The notes: generated by a model not told the origin, from the letters alone. A stretch of 34,241 bases of DNA from a virus (IMGVR_UViG_3300043772_001132:1-34241), one strand, 5' to 3'; numbered from the stretch's first letter, positions 22,319-32,014 are shown. A program made the numbers and translations.

Positions 22319-24014
22319 CATTTCTTACTCTATTACGGTCTAAGGCTTGCGCTGTTGATACTTCACCGCTCACTACATATGCTTTAATAGGTTGTTGTTG
22401 TAATGCTCCTAACTGCATTTGTGGTTGCGCTTGTATAATATCAAAGCTTGGTGTACGTGGTGCTGTTGGTGTACTTGTTGCCGTGTCTGCACCGCCTGTG
22501 CCTTGAAATTGTGTAGCTGCTATTCTTGCGATGTTTATACCTCCAGTTGTAGCCGCTATTCCTGCTTCTAAGAATTGCGCTCCAGTAGCAAGTTTTAAAG
22601 GATTACCACCTGCTGTTAATGCTCCCGTTACTGCTTGCGCTGTATTCATAATTGCAAGTCCTAAATTAGCAGCCTTATTTAATTGAAAAGCTTTTCGTTG
22701 GTCTGCTTCGTTACCGTCTGCAAATAAACTTGATAGGTCTGACAATATACTAAATGCTTGTTGCCCCATTTGTATTTTTTTGTTTTTAACTTCTTCTGCT
22801 AATTTCTTTTCACGTTCAGCATTTTCCTCATCAAGTTTTTGTTTTTCCTTATTTGTTTCAACTTGTATTTTCATTAACTCATCAGCATCAGAAATTGCTC
22901 TTGCAGTTATTGAATTAGGGTCGTCTTTTAAACTTTTAGGTTTTAAACGCATAGAGTCAATTTCCTCTTGCATTTTTAAACGTCTGTTAAAGCTTTCTTC
23001 CCATGTTTCCTCCTCTTTTTTTACTTGCTCTTTAACTTCTGCTTGAACTTTTTGATTATTAGTTTTACGTTCACGTTCTTGTGTTAGAGTTAATTCTTGT
23101 TGTCTTAAAAGCAACTCTTCATTTTGTAACTTTTTATCTTTTAATATTTGACTCCTTTGTATTTGTAAGTCTTTTTGTTCTTTTTGTAACGCCTTTGCTC
23201 TATCCCAATCTTCATCCACATAAGCCTCAATGTATAAATTTCTTTTTTGTTTAATAAGCTTATCTAATTCTTCAACTGTCCTTTTTTGTACGTCAACACG
23301 TTGCTTTTGACCTTTTTTCTCGATATTTAATAAATCTTGTTCACTTGCGCCACGTGCTTTAGCTAATCTTAATTCAGCATTTATGTTTCTGTCTATTTCC
23401 TCCGTGTTTTTTTTATATAGATTATTAGCGTTATCTATTTGTCTATTTAAGTCGTTTTGTTTTCTTTCTAATTCTTTAGTGCCATCAATCCATTCCATTA
23501 TTTTAGGTAATAGGAATCCAATAGTTACTACCAAAGCACCTATACCCGTAGCAATAATAGCTCCCTTTAATGTGGTAAACGCTGCTACTACATTGTTTTT
23601 AATTACAGAACCTAAGTTTTTAAAAGAATCAATGCTTGAGGTCACGCCGTTTATACCCTCTGCTAAAGCCATTGCGCTTTGAACTTTCAGTAATTGCTCT
23701 TCAACAGCTTTACTTTCAACACCTACTAAGCCCAAAGCACCTTGATAAGCAGCAAACCCACTTGCAACACCACCCAAAGCAGCACTAACAGCTTTGAATT
23801 TGGCATCAGGGTTAAAAGCATCTGTTAAATCTTTCGCATCACCTATTTGGTCTTTTAGTTCTGCTGCTCTTTTCGCTGCATTTGCAGCCTCTTTAGACGT
23901 TACACCGAACTGCTCCGATAACTTAGCAACCTCCGCCTGTGCCTCTCTAAGCTGTGATTTAAGCGACCCTAAATTATTCTTAACCTCTAATTCAATTATT
24001 TTCTTTTCTGCCAT
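22308..24014 (-). CDS. Tape measure protein (short, 568 aa)
   Basis: Coiled coils, Ala/Gly-rich amphipathic segments, ATGIGALVV, C-terminal KAYVVSGEVSTAQALDRN. Confidence 0.8.
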   Translation of the reverse strand: MAEKKIIELEVKNNLGSLKSQLREAQAEVAKLSEQFGVTSKEAANAAKRAAELKDQIGDAKDLTDAFNPDAKFKAVSAALGGVASGFAAYQGALGLVGVESKAVEEQLLKVQSAMALAEGINGVTSSIDSFKNLGSVIKNNVVAAFTTLKGAIIATGIGALVVTIGFLLPKIMEWIDGTKELERKQNDLNRQIDNANNLYKKNTEEIDRNINAELRLAKARGASEQDLLNIEKKGQKQRVDVQKRTVEELDKLIKQKRNLYIEAYVDEDWDRAKALQKEQKDLQIQRSQILKDKKLQNEELLLRQQELTLTQERERKTNNQKVQAEVKEQVKKEEETWEESFNRRLKMQEEIDSMRLKPKSLKDDPNSITARAISDADELMKIQVETNKEKQKLDEENAEREKKLAEEVKNKKIQMGQQAFSILSDLSSLFADGNEADQRKAFQLNKAANLGLAIMNTAQAVTGALTAGGNPLKLATGAQFLEAGIAATTGGINIARIAATQFQGTGGADTATSTPTAPRTPSFDIIQAQPQMQLGALQQQPIKAYVVSGEVSTAQALDRNRVRNATF

Positions 24015-24168
24015 TTGTAGCTTGTTTTAAGTATAACTCACGTTTGGCTTGTTTGTAGCTTTCACGAATAGAAGTTGTAAGTTTATATTTCCCTTTAGCG
24101 ATGTCTATAATTTCGCTTTGACCGTAAAAGTCCCCCGACTTCAATAGTTGTATAATTGTATTAAGCAT
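23992..24168 (-). CDS. Hypothetical protein, 58 aa (MLNTIIQLLKSGDFYGQSEIIDIAKGKYKL...)
   Basis: Translated by hand; fills the gap. Confidence 0.7.
   Translation of the reverse strand: MLNTIIQLLKSGDFYGQSEIIDIAKGKYKLTTSIRESYKQAKRELYLKQATNGRKENN
24033..24058 (-). promoter_or_regulatory. One-mismatch late promoter CTACA-N16-GTTAT upstream of the tape measure gene
   Basis: Same spacer and downstream box, 18 nt before the ATG. Confidence 0.45.
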
Positions 24169-26395
24169 CTTGGTATATTGTTAAATAAAGTTCATCGTCT
24201 CTATAAATATTAAAACTTAATGGGTTTCCAGTTGTGTTTTCATTAAGCTCAAAAGCTAGCAATTGTTCTTGTGTATACGTTGTAAAATCACCTCCTATAA
24301 CTGTTGAAATATTAGCAGATTCTTTTCCGTTTTCAAAAAACAAAGGATATTGCACAATCCCACCAATAGCGGATTGAATTGGTAAATTAATATTAACAAT
24401 AGGTCTAAAATCATTGATTAATGACAAATCCACATCTCCTGTCGTTAGGTTTACTTTCATCTCATTAATTATATATCGTTTGTCTCTAATAATTAACCTA
24501 TCATTTAACTTTAACGATGTAAGCAATGATATTGGAAATAATGCTTTAACGTTGGTTAATCTGTTTTTTTGGTTGTACAAGTTTTTTAAATAGCTATCGT
24601 AATATTGAGAGTACAATGTATTTGTAATGTAAGTAGCGTCAAATGGACTTCCCTCAACTGCAAAATGATTTGAAAAAATTGCGTTGTTATAGGTTAATTG
24701 ATTAGTCAAAGGTTTATATGTACTTACTATTGACGTTGAACCACCTGTATCAAAATAAAAAGAAGTTGAAACAGAATTCTCATTGTAATACAACAATATA
24801 GGTTTATTGTCATATGCTTCATTTGAATTTTTTTCATTTAGAACAAACGCTGTTGGTGGCTCATTTACATTAGTCGTTAATTCTTTTGAGAATCTAATGT
24901 TTTCAAATGGAATATCTATTTTATATTCACCACCATCATAATTTGAATTTGTTTCTTTATAGCTTCCAAACTCTTTAGGTGCGTTTGTTTGTGAATCAAA
25001 ATATTCTTTATTTAAAAAACTTTCTGATTTTTCATAATCAAAAGATATTTCTTTATAAAGTTTATGCCTTTCAATTATAATTTCATCCGTGTCAACAAAT
25101 TCTGTAATATCAACAACTGCACCTTTTGAATACCAATCATCCAATGGCTCTACTTGAAAATTATCTACCGATGTAGCATAGCAAGTAAGATTAAACATTT
25201 TAAATATTCCACTAACAAAGTCACTAACTTTAATGTTAGGAGCGTAAACCGTTGGGTCAATAGTTGCTGAGATAAATGTTTTGTTCAGACATCTAAATTG
25301 AAGTGCTTTTAGCGTATTAAAAACGCCAGCACCTATGTTTTTATACTCTATCCTTATACCTACAACTGTTGCCGTACACGGAGCCGAAGCTCTAATTTTG
25401 AAACTCATTATATTTGTCCCATTATATGTCGTCCGTGGTATAATTTGGTTATCCCTGTATACACCTGTGCTTTTTAGCTCAAATGTATTTATTAAACTAT
25501 TGTTTACGTAAACGTCTAAATATAATTTCGCTGTCGGTACATTTGCGCTTCCTTGTGCGTACACAAAAACACCTTCCGTATTACTTAAATCAGCAGTGTC
25601 AGTAGTCACATTTACTCTACTGTCATCATTTATTTGCAAGTCATCAACAGTATACTGCAATGTTTCGGTCAATGCTTGCATTGTTTTTGCGTTTTTTAAC
25701 CAGAAAAATAAATTAGTAAATACTTTCTGATTGAAAAAATTTGAATTAAAAGATACATTATACTTAGTTTGTATCGCTTCAAATATTTTTTTTACACGCA
25801 ATGCAGGGAATAATTCAGTATAAACAATAGGATAGTTAGAATTGCTTATATCTGTATTAGCACCATCGCCATAGCTCCACAATCTATTAGATGAAATCAA
25901 AGGGTAACGAATATTAGATAAAGCATTGTTTGTTGTGATACTTGTTCTTACTGCATTTCCGTTATATTGTTCGCTATATACACTTAAATCTAAATCCTTT
26001 AAGGTATCATCACCAAACGCATCCTTTAAGCTCGTTAAATCACCATAAAACGTAATTGAATAGCTTTCAACTCTCCCTTTAACAACGTTTGAACTTTCAA
26101 TTGATATTTTCCCACTTCTAAATGGTATTGTACCTATCTCTATAAATGCGTTGCGCTTAATATTAGGATTGTCATTTGCATTCACATCGCTTTGATAAAA
26201 ATGTTCGAATAGCCTATTATTACGTGGTGAGGCTGGAATAGTAAACGACTGAGTGAAGTCAGTGTAAACTTTTGCTAAATCTTGAACGTTTTGGATTGAG
26301 CTATTAATCTGAATTTCTTCATCGTTAAATAACTCTAACTTTTCATAGTTGCCTGAATCAGCAATAACTTCTATATATACGTCTACCTGTCTCAT
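24161..26395 (-). CDS. Large tail/baseplate hub protein
   Basis: 744 aa, FTQSFTIPAS..NN, position in the tail module. Confidence 0.7.
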   Translation of the reverse strand: MRQVDVYIEVIADSGNYEKLELFNDEEIQINSSIQNVQDLAKVYTDFTQSFTIPASPRNNRLFEHFYQSDVNANDNPNIKRNAFIEIGTIPFRSGKISIESSNVVKGRVESYSITFYGDLTSLKDAFGDDTLKDLDLSVYSEQYNGNAVRTSITTNNALSNIRYPLISSNRLWSYGDGANTDISNSNYPIVYTELFPALRVKKIFEAIQTKYNVSFNSNFFNQKVFTNLFFWLKNAKTMQALTETLQYTVDDLQINDDSRVNVTTDTADLSNTEGVFVYAQGSANVPTAKLYLDVYVNNSLINTFELKSTGVYRDNQIIPRTTYNGTNIMSFKIRASAPCTATVVGIRIEYKNIGAGVFNTLKALQFRCLNKTFISATIDPTVYAPNIKVSDFVSGIFKMFNLTCYATSVDNFQVEPLDDWYSKGAVVDITEFVDTDEIIIERHKLYKEISFDYEKSESFLNKEYFDSQTNAPKEFGSYKETNSNYDGGEYKIDIPFENIRFSKELTTNVNEPPTAFVLNEKNSNEAYDNKPILLYYNENSVSTSFYFDTGGSTSIVSTYKPLTNQLTYNNAIFSNHFAVEGSPFDATYITNTLYSQYYDSYLKNLYNQKNRLTNVKALFPISLLTSLKLNDRLIIRDKRYIINEMKVNLTTGDVDLSLINDFRPIVNINLPIQSAIGGIVQYPLFFENGKESANISTVIGGDFTTYTQEQLLAFELNENTTGNPLSFNIYRDDELYLTIYQDA

Positions 26396-27414
26396 TATAC
26401 AATACTATTAATTAAATCATACGCAAATTCAAATTCCAAACTATAATTAATCTGTTTTGTATTTATAGACTTGTTTAGTTCAATAGATTTAGTTTTAAGT
26501 ATAGCAGGCTTTTCGTCTACTAACACTTTTTCACTAAGCATCAATTGTTTTAAGTTGTCTTTGAAGTCCTCTTCAACCCATCCTGAGTTTACTTTAACAC
26601 TTTGAATTCCGTTTTGGTTGTACGTTGTTCTTTGACCACCTGTTAAGCTATAATTGTATGGTTGCATTAAGTTGTAATCTTTGTTAGTTACTTCAATATT
26701 ATCGTTTGAAGCCTTAAAAAAAAACTCACGTTGAAATGCTCCATGTTTATTTATGAAGTCAACTTTAACAGGTGTATACAAACACTCTTCAACAGGCTTA
26801 AACGTCCATGTAGCTTGAACTACGTTTGAACTATTTATAACCTCAACAATCCAAGGCTCTGTAAATCTACTGTTATAGCATCTTGGCACGTAATACCAAC
26901 CGAAACCCAATGATGAACTAAGGTATAATACACCCTCCGAGTCAGTCCATCTAATCTTATCATTTGATTGAACGTAAACTAATATAAAGCCCGCATTTGA
27001 ACCACTATGATAGTAGTAAGTCTTTTGGTCTAATAAGTAATTGCCACCGCTATAATTTACACCATTTGCAAACTCAGTGAAACCATCCGTAGCAATGTAG
27101 TCTGTTGTATCAATTAACGACTCAGTAGTACCAACGGTCTTGTATCTCTTTACTCTTACATTTAACTTTTGAACACTACCGTAAGAAGACGTTAAGGTTG
27201 TAATGTTTGAGTATACCGTATGGTCAAAGTATTCACGAATGTAAGGTGCAATGTCGTAGTATGTTGTTGGTGCATTCGATGCAGGAATTGCCTTGCTTAA
27301 GTTATATTGTGGTGTACCGCTGAACGTTGTCGCACTGATAAATAACTCTATTCGTGTACTTACTTGGCTTGTTTCATTGATACTAATGATATACGGTGAA
27401 CGTGCTCTAATCAT
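26395..27414 (-). CDS. Tail (distal-tail-like) structural protein
   Basis: RARSPY, FINKHGA, NSGWV..D..LKQLMLSEKV; position. Confidence 0.65.
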   Translation of the reverse strand: MIRARSPYIISINETSQVSTRIELFISATTFSGTPQYNLSKAIPASNAPTTYYDIAPYIREYFDHTVYSNITTLTSSYGSVQKLNVRVKRYKTVGTTESLIDTTDYIATDGFTEFANGVNYSGGNYLLDQKTYYYHSGSNAGFILVYVQSNDKIRWTDSEGVLYLSSSLGFGWYYVPRCYNSRFTEPWIVEVINSSNVVQATWTFKPVEECLYTPVKVDFINKHGAFQREFFFKASNDNIEVTNKDYNLMQPYNYSLTGGQRTTYNQNGIQSVKVNSGWVEEDFKDNLKQLMLSEKVLVDEKPAILKTKSIELNKSINTKQINYSLEFEFAYDLINSIV

Positions 27415-27989
27415 TTCGGTTGTTTAATTGAATAGTTAAATATTTTCTCTAAATCTATTTTTAAGTCATTGACTAATTCTTGAGGTAAACGTTTGTAAGC
27501 CGCTTCAAAAGGCTTGGTGAAAAACAAAGTTGGTCTTATACCTTTTGCGTAAATTGACCGTGTGATAATCCATGCGGTTTGCTCGTACGATAAAAATTTA
27601 CCTGTTGACTTCTTTGTTTCCGGGTCACGTTGTCTAAACTGAAACTTACGTGCTTTTACCCATCGTTGTATTCCCTCCGTTAATCCTCCTTTTGCTCCTG
27701 TTCCACTTCCAAATTTGTATGGTGACTTTGGCGCTCTTGAATTAGAACGTTTACCCCTTACCCCTTTATCTTGATAGTTCCCGTAATCTTCCATCTCAAA
27801 GCTTAACGAATATCCCTTAGCGTAAACCTTCGCTTGACCCTTCAAAGAGTTGTATAACCTCCGTGTGTTGTTATGACTCCCAAAAGGCGCACGTCCCTTC
27901 GTTAAGTTAGTACGAGCTTGTTTTATTACCGAAGCTTTGAACTTATCCAGTGCCTCTTGTAGCCCCGATTCCCTTAAATCACTTAACAT
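27411..27989 (-). CDS. Neck/tail-completion-like protein
   Basis: Basic; LYNSL, YG.YQDKGV.G, I.RSI..KGIRPT.FFTKPF. Confidence 0.6.
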   Translation of the reverse strand: MLSDLRESGLQEALDKFKASVIKQARTNLTKGRAPFGSHNNTRRLYNSLKGQAKVYAKGYSLSFEMEDYGNYQDKGVRGKRSNSRAPKSPYKFGSGTGAKGGLTEGIQRWVKARKFQFRQRDPETKKSTGKFLSYEQTAWIITRSIYAKGIRPTLFFTKPFEAAYKRLPQELVNDLKIDLEKIFNYSIKQPK

Positions 27990-28441
27990 ATTGTCATTTC
28001 GTTTGGTGCTAATATGTCAAAGGTCATTGTCCACCCGGCAACCGCATCGGTGAAACGGTCTACAAAAGGCTCACAACTTGCTGTATCGTCTAACACTTCA
28101 TAGCCCGCATCGTTAATATCTCCTCTTCTTACTCTTTCAAATATCCTATTCAATATACTTAAAGTAGTATTTAATACATCGTCCTCATTATCGTTACCCT
28201 TGAATATATCAACTACATCGTCTTTACTAACATCAACTATACTCATCATAACAAGCGATATGTTATATACCGTTGTATTACCTCTAAATGCTACATCGTT
28301 AAATATAATGTGGCACAATGGGTACATATCTTGTTTAGCATTGGTAATCTTATCAAGGCTACCCTTCGTTACTCTATTCACTAAAGGGTCAGCAAGTATA
28401 GAATCATGCAATAAAGTTGATAGGTTATAATAGTTTTTCAT
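27983..28441 (-). CDS. Putative tail terminator protein
   Basis: Acidic 152 aa, YPLCHI, EPFVDRFTD.VAGW; position. Confidence 0.6.
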   Translation of the reverse strand: MKNYYNLSTLLHDSILADPLVNRVTKGSLDKITNAKQDMYPLCHIIFNDVAFRGNTTVYNISLVMMSIVDVSKDDVVDIFKGNDNEDDVLNTTLSILNRIFERVRRGDINDAGYEVLDDTASCEPFVDRFTDAVAGWTMTFDILAPNEMTIC

Positions 28442-28691
28442 GTGACTTCTTTAATTGTTTAACCTCAATTCTACTTTTTTGTTGTTCGAACGTTAAAAAT
28501 GTCAAACATTGATGAAGTCCCAACGCTGTAACTTCGTCAAATCTTCTAATATCTCCTTGAGCGACGTGATAGATTGAGCTATACCAACCCCATTGTTTTG
28601 AGAATTGAACATTCTCTGAATATGGGTTTTGTTCTTCATTTTCTCCAAAGAGGACAGCGTACTGCTTATTAACTCGATTCCTAAAGTCCAA
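28425..28691 (-). CDS. -1 frameshift extension of the tail assembly chaperone-like gene (fusion ~251 aa)
   Basis: Frame opens at the T9 slippery run (28690-28698); no ATG of its own; ends abutting the next gene. Confidence 0.7.
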   Translation of the reverse strand: MDFRNRVNKQYAVLFGENEEQNPYSENVQFSKQWGWYSSIYHVAQGDIRRFDEVTALGLHQCLTFLTFEQQKSRIEVKQLKKSHEKLL

Positions 28692-29179
28692 AAAAAAACC
28701 GATGCAGGAAGTACAACGTTTAATGGCGCGTATTTTAACACCTCTGAGTAACTTAAATCCCCTTTGTAAGACTCTATTTCATATTTACCCTTAACGTCCT
28801 TTACAATCGGTCTATACATCACCGCAAGTGCTTTGTGGATATTTTGAAAGTCACCTATGTTTGCCTCAATATCGATGTACTCACCCCAGGATATTTCTTC
28901 AATGTCGGGAATGAATCCAAACTCAACATCGTTTAATTTAAACCTATGTTTGAATGCAGTCTTTTCGTTAAATATTTTATTGAAGTGTTGCACCAACTCT
29001 ATTACCGTTGACGCTTTCATCTTAACAACTTCCTTTAATTCTAAGCCGCAAAATATTTCAATCATTTTCTGGAATACAAATTCTTTATCGTCCGAGTTGT
29101 TCAAAGTAAGCATGTACTTCTGGTACCTATCTAAACTTATTTCGGATAGGTTGGAAGGTATTTCAATCTCTACTTTCAT
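28502..29179 (-). CDS. Tail assembly chaperone-like protein (unshifted product)
   Basis: IPSNLSEISL..YQ, FGFIPD.EEIS.GEYID, ALAVMYRP; internal GTT TTT TTT TGG slippery site. Confidence 0.7.
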   Translation of the reverse strand: MKVEIEIPSNLSEISLDRYQKYMLTLNNSDDKEFVFQKMIEIFCGLELKEVVKMKASTVIELVQHFNKIFNEKTAFKHRFKLNDVEFGFIPDIEEISWGEYIDIEANIGDFQNIHKALAVMYRPIVKDVKGKYEIESYKGDLSYSEVLKYAPLNVVLPASVFFWTLGIELISSTLSSLEKMKNKTHIQRMFNSQNNGVGIAQSITSLKEILEDLTKLQRWDFINV

Positions 29180-29367
29180 TTTGCCACCATTACTTTAGCT
29201 CTAACACCTTTCCAATATTTCAATGATGCTTCAGCTTTCGCTACTTCATTGTCGATTGACTCAACACACTGAAATTTCCAATTGTCTCCGTATTCGTCTT
29301 TATAAGCGTCTACAACTTTAACGCTACTTTCATTAATCATTTGTCTTAAACTTTTACCTAATTCCAT
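29176..29367 (-). CDS. Hypothetical protein
   Basis: ORF track; overlaps both neighbours. Confidence 0.65.
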   Translation of the reverse strand: MELGKSLRQMINESSVKVVDAYKDEYGDNWKFQCVESIDNEVAKAEASLKYWKGVRAKVMVAK

Positions 29368-30559
29368 ATTTACCTTTGTTTGGGTTTGCTAACTGATAAC
29401 TAACTGCATAACGTAACGCATCTAATGCGTGGTTATATTTGTCTATTGGTGTTTCTGACTTCTTTTCAAGCCAGCAATAGTTGTTTAATTCTTTTATCAA
29501 ATCTACTGAATTTTCGTCAATAATTAAGTCGTAGTCTTGTAATAAACTTATTCCATATTTAACAGAATCCGCTCCTTTAATTGTAGGTACAATGTTAAGC
29601 CCTTGTGACTTTAATTCGTTAATCAAACGTGGCTCTGCATTATCCGCAACTATTAAGTCACGTCCTGCAAATTGTCTATTAAGTTGTGAAAGTTGTGAAG
29701 TGGTTAATCCTGTTTGATAAATATGCAGTCTAACATAAATAATTTTATTAGTCTTATCTATTGACGTTTCAACTAATGTAGATGGGTCGTTACTAAATCC
29801 GTAATCCTGACCGAATACCGAACCATTATCTTTATTGTACTCTCCAATTCTCCAATTGGTAAAGATAACTCCTTCTGCTTTCTCTAACCAACCTCCGAGT
29901 ATTGTATGTTTATATTTATCAGGTCTACGTTCTTTTATCGTTTTAATCTGATTTAAGAAACTTTCAGATAGGTTTGATATGTTGTCTTGGTACGTTGTGT
30001 GTATATACGTTGTATCGCCTTTAATTGTATTTACTCCAGCTTCAATCCCTTTTGATTCAAAAAACTTTTGATAAATAAAGTGTGTTTTCATTGCAGGGTT
30101 AAGAATAAGTATCACCCTGTTTTGTTTTTCTTTATGTCGAATAGAGTAATCAATCTTATCAAACGTATCCTCATCGGTTAACTCTTCAGCTTCATCAAGT
30201 ACCCATGTAGTTACACCTGCTAATGATTTTAGATTAGCGGTTTGAGTTCCGCTCGATGTCTTAATACCTTTGAATAATATCTTGCTTCCCGTTCTTAGAT
30301 TTATTATTTCATCCTTAGTAATATGGAAATCTTTATGCTTATCTAATACATCAATCTTATCAATAAATTCAGGTATAATACTGATGTGAGCAGAAGTAAG
30401 GGTATAACGTGTAAATAATATAACATGGTTTGATTCGTAGGTAAGGAGCAGTAGAAGTAAATTAATAGAATATGACTTACCACTACCCCGACCACCTGTA
30501 ACAATGAAATATCTACTGTCATTTGCAAAAGCTTTATATTTCGGGTTCAGGACTACCAA
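29354..30559 (-). CDS. terL: Terminase large subunit (PBSX/SPP1-like)
   Basis: GGRGSGKS, VLDEAEE, LNP, GQDYGFSNDP, ADNAEP, NHALDALRYA. Confidence 0.95.
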   Translation of the reverse strand: MVVLNPKYKAFANDSRYFIVTGGRGSGKSYSINLLLLLLTYESNHVILFTRYTLTSAHISIIPEFIDKIDVLDKHKDFHITKDEIINLRTGSKILFKGIKTSSGTQTANLKSLAGVTTWVLDEAEELTDEDTFDKIDYSIRHKEKQNRVILILNPAMKTHFIYQKFFESKGIEAGVNTIKGDTTYIHTTYQDNISNLSESFLNQIKTIKERRPDKYKHTILGGWLEKAEGVIFTNWRIGEYNKDNGSVFGQDYGFSNDPSTLVETSIDKTNKIIYVRLHIYQTGLTTSQLSQLNRQFAGRDLIVADNAEPRLINELKSQGLNIVPTIKGADSVKYGISLLQDYDLIIDENSVDLIKELNNYCWLEKKSETPIDKYNHALDALRYAVSYQLANPNKGKYGIR

Positions 30560-30818
30560 AACTGATTAAATCTTTTAGTGTTGTTGTGTTAATGTTAATG
30601 TCTTGTTCAACATGTTCTTTTGGTTTACCGCAACCATATTCGATTAAAATCTTTGCGCTTGCTATCCTATCTGATGGTCTTTTAGCTTCATCAATCATTA
30701 TTTCAGCTAATACTCTGAAAGCATCTTCAACGTGTGGTTGTGCAAGTGTGAAACCTTTTATTTCGTCGGATATTGCTTTACGTCCTGACCCTTCTCTTTT
30801 GCCTCCGTGTGTGTTCAT
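30534..30818 (-). CDS. Putative terminase small subunit
   Basis: HGGKREGSGRK N-terminus, YGCGKPKE; directly upstream of terL. Confidence 0.7.
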   Translation of the reverse strand: MNTHGGKREGSGRKAISDEIKGFTLAQPHVEDAFRVLAEIMIDEAKRPSDRIASAKILIEYGCGKPKEHVEQDININTTTLKDLISFGSPEPEI

Positions 30819-30842
30819 TTGAAATCCTTTGATTAGTCAAGT

Positions 30843-31238
30843 CTATCCTAAAAATGCACCTTGATCATTAGGAAATGACTCTTTGTTATATTCATTAAAA
30901 ACTATTCTTGTTTTGCGTAACATGTCGTTTAAACAACTAGCACATGAAGTAGGTCTCTCGTTTGTTTTGAAAACTCTGTTGTAAACCTTTAGAAACTCAA
31001 TTTGTTGACTTGGTTTAATCTTAACAGAAATTTGAGGTAATAGTTCTTCTAATAGCTTGTATTCGGGTTCTGTCAAGCATTCTGGAGTTTTGTAAGGGAA
31101 TAGTTTGTTTAGTTTCTCTTTACGTTTATCGCACCCACAATCCTCTCCTGCAATGAAGTTAACAACCTTATCAATTCCCGTTGCCTCTGTGAATTTAGCT
31201 ACTGTATCTCCAAATCCTTTTGATACTCTTTTTGCCAT
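30843..31238 (-). CDS. Hypothetical protein with DCGC and CxxC motifs
   Basis: SKGFGDTVAKFTEATGI, DCGCDKRKEKLN, SCASC. Confidence 0.75.
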   Translation of the reverse strand: MAKRVSKGFGDTVAKFTEATGIDKVVNFIAGEDCGCDKRKEKLNKLFPYKTPECLTEPEYKLLEELLPQISVKIKPSQQIEFLKVYNRVFKTNERPTSCASCLNDMLRKTRIVFNEYNKESFPNDQGAFLG

Positions 31239-31681
31239 ATCTTTAATTTTCTTTTACATTTTTTAATCGTGTGAAAAATCGAAGTCAAACTAATTTTAGT
31301 TTCCTTTTCAATTTCACGCATTGACTTTCCGCTTCGCAAATATAGTAAGAATAGTTGTTGGTCAAACCACTCCCATGTTTTTATTTGTTCCTCAACGCTT
31401 TGATAGTATAACTCAATTTCGTATGTTTTGTTGTTTTCATCTTCCGATAGGTCTACGAGTAGGTCGATGTCTACTGTTGAAACATTACGCTTGCATGAGT
31501 CATAAAAAGAGTTGCGTAGCATTATCCAAATGAATGACTTTGTTATGACTTGACCTTTACCATATTTGTGAAACCGTATGTACATATCTTGAACGATGTC
31601 CTCTGCTTCGGTCTTAGCGCCAAACCTTTTTACTATTCTTACCCATTCATCGTGGTACTGCGCTACTTCTTTTAAATCCAT
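31199..31681 (-). CDS. Sigma-70 (ECF-like) RNA polymerase sigma factor
   Basis: AEDIVQDMY (region 2), SFIWIMLRN, GKSMREIEKETKISLTSIFHTIKKCK (region 4 HTH). Confidence 0.8.
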   Translation of the reverse strand: MDLKEVAQYHDEWVRIVKRFGAKTEAEDIVQDMYIRFHKYGKGQVITKSFIWIMLRNSFYDSCKRNVSTVDIDLLVDLSEDENNKTYEIELYYQSVEEQIKTWEWFDQQLFLLYLRSGKSMREIEKETKISLTSIFHTIKKCKRKLKIWQKEYQKDLEIQ

Positions 31682-31687
31682 GTGTAT

Positions 31688-31724
31688 AAACAAAAATACC
31701 CTTACACCAATTGATGCAAGGGTA
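31688..31724 (-). terminator. Terminator-like hairpin directly upstream of the sigma gene
   Basis: TACCCTTGCATC-AATT-GGTGTAAGGGTA followed by TTTTTGTTT. Confidence 0.65.
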
Positions 31725-31729
31725 GTAAA

Positions 31730-32014
31730 CTATTCTTTGATAAATGTTCCGTTTTCGGTTTTACCTTTTCTATACTCAATAACTTTGAAGGCACGTTTTG
31801 CACAATCTTCAAGTGAGTAACCCATTTGATTAGCTAATATAACAAGTGTGATGTAACTATCTCCAAGCGCGTCTATTGTTTCTGCGATGTCTTTCTTTAG
31901 TATTGCTGAAGATAATTCTCCGACTTCCTCTACAACCTTTGCGAGTTGTTGGAACTTGTTGTCGGGGTTGTCTAACTTTCGAGCCTTCGCCCAATTAATT
32001 ATTTCTCTTTCCAT
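31730..32014 (-). CDS. MazG-like nucleotide pyrophosphohydrolase (likely start MEREII)
   Basis: QLAKVVEEVGEL, DALGD..TL, R.GK..NGTFIKE. Confidence 0.88.
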   Translation of the reverse strand: MEREIINWAKARKLDNPDNKFQQLAKVVEEVGELSSAILKKDIAETIDALGDSYITLVILANQMGYSLEDCAKRAFKVIEYRKGKTENGTFIKE

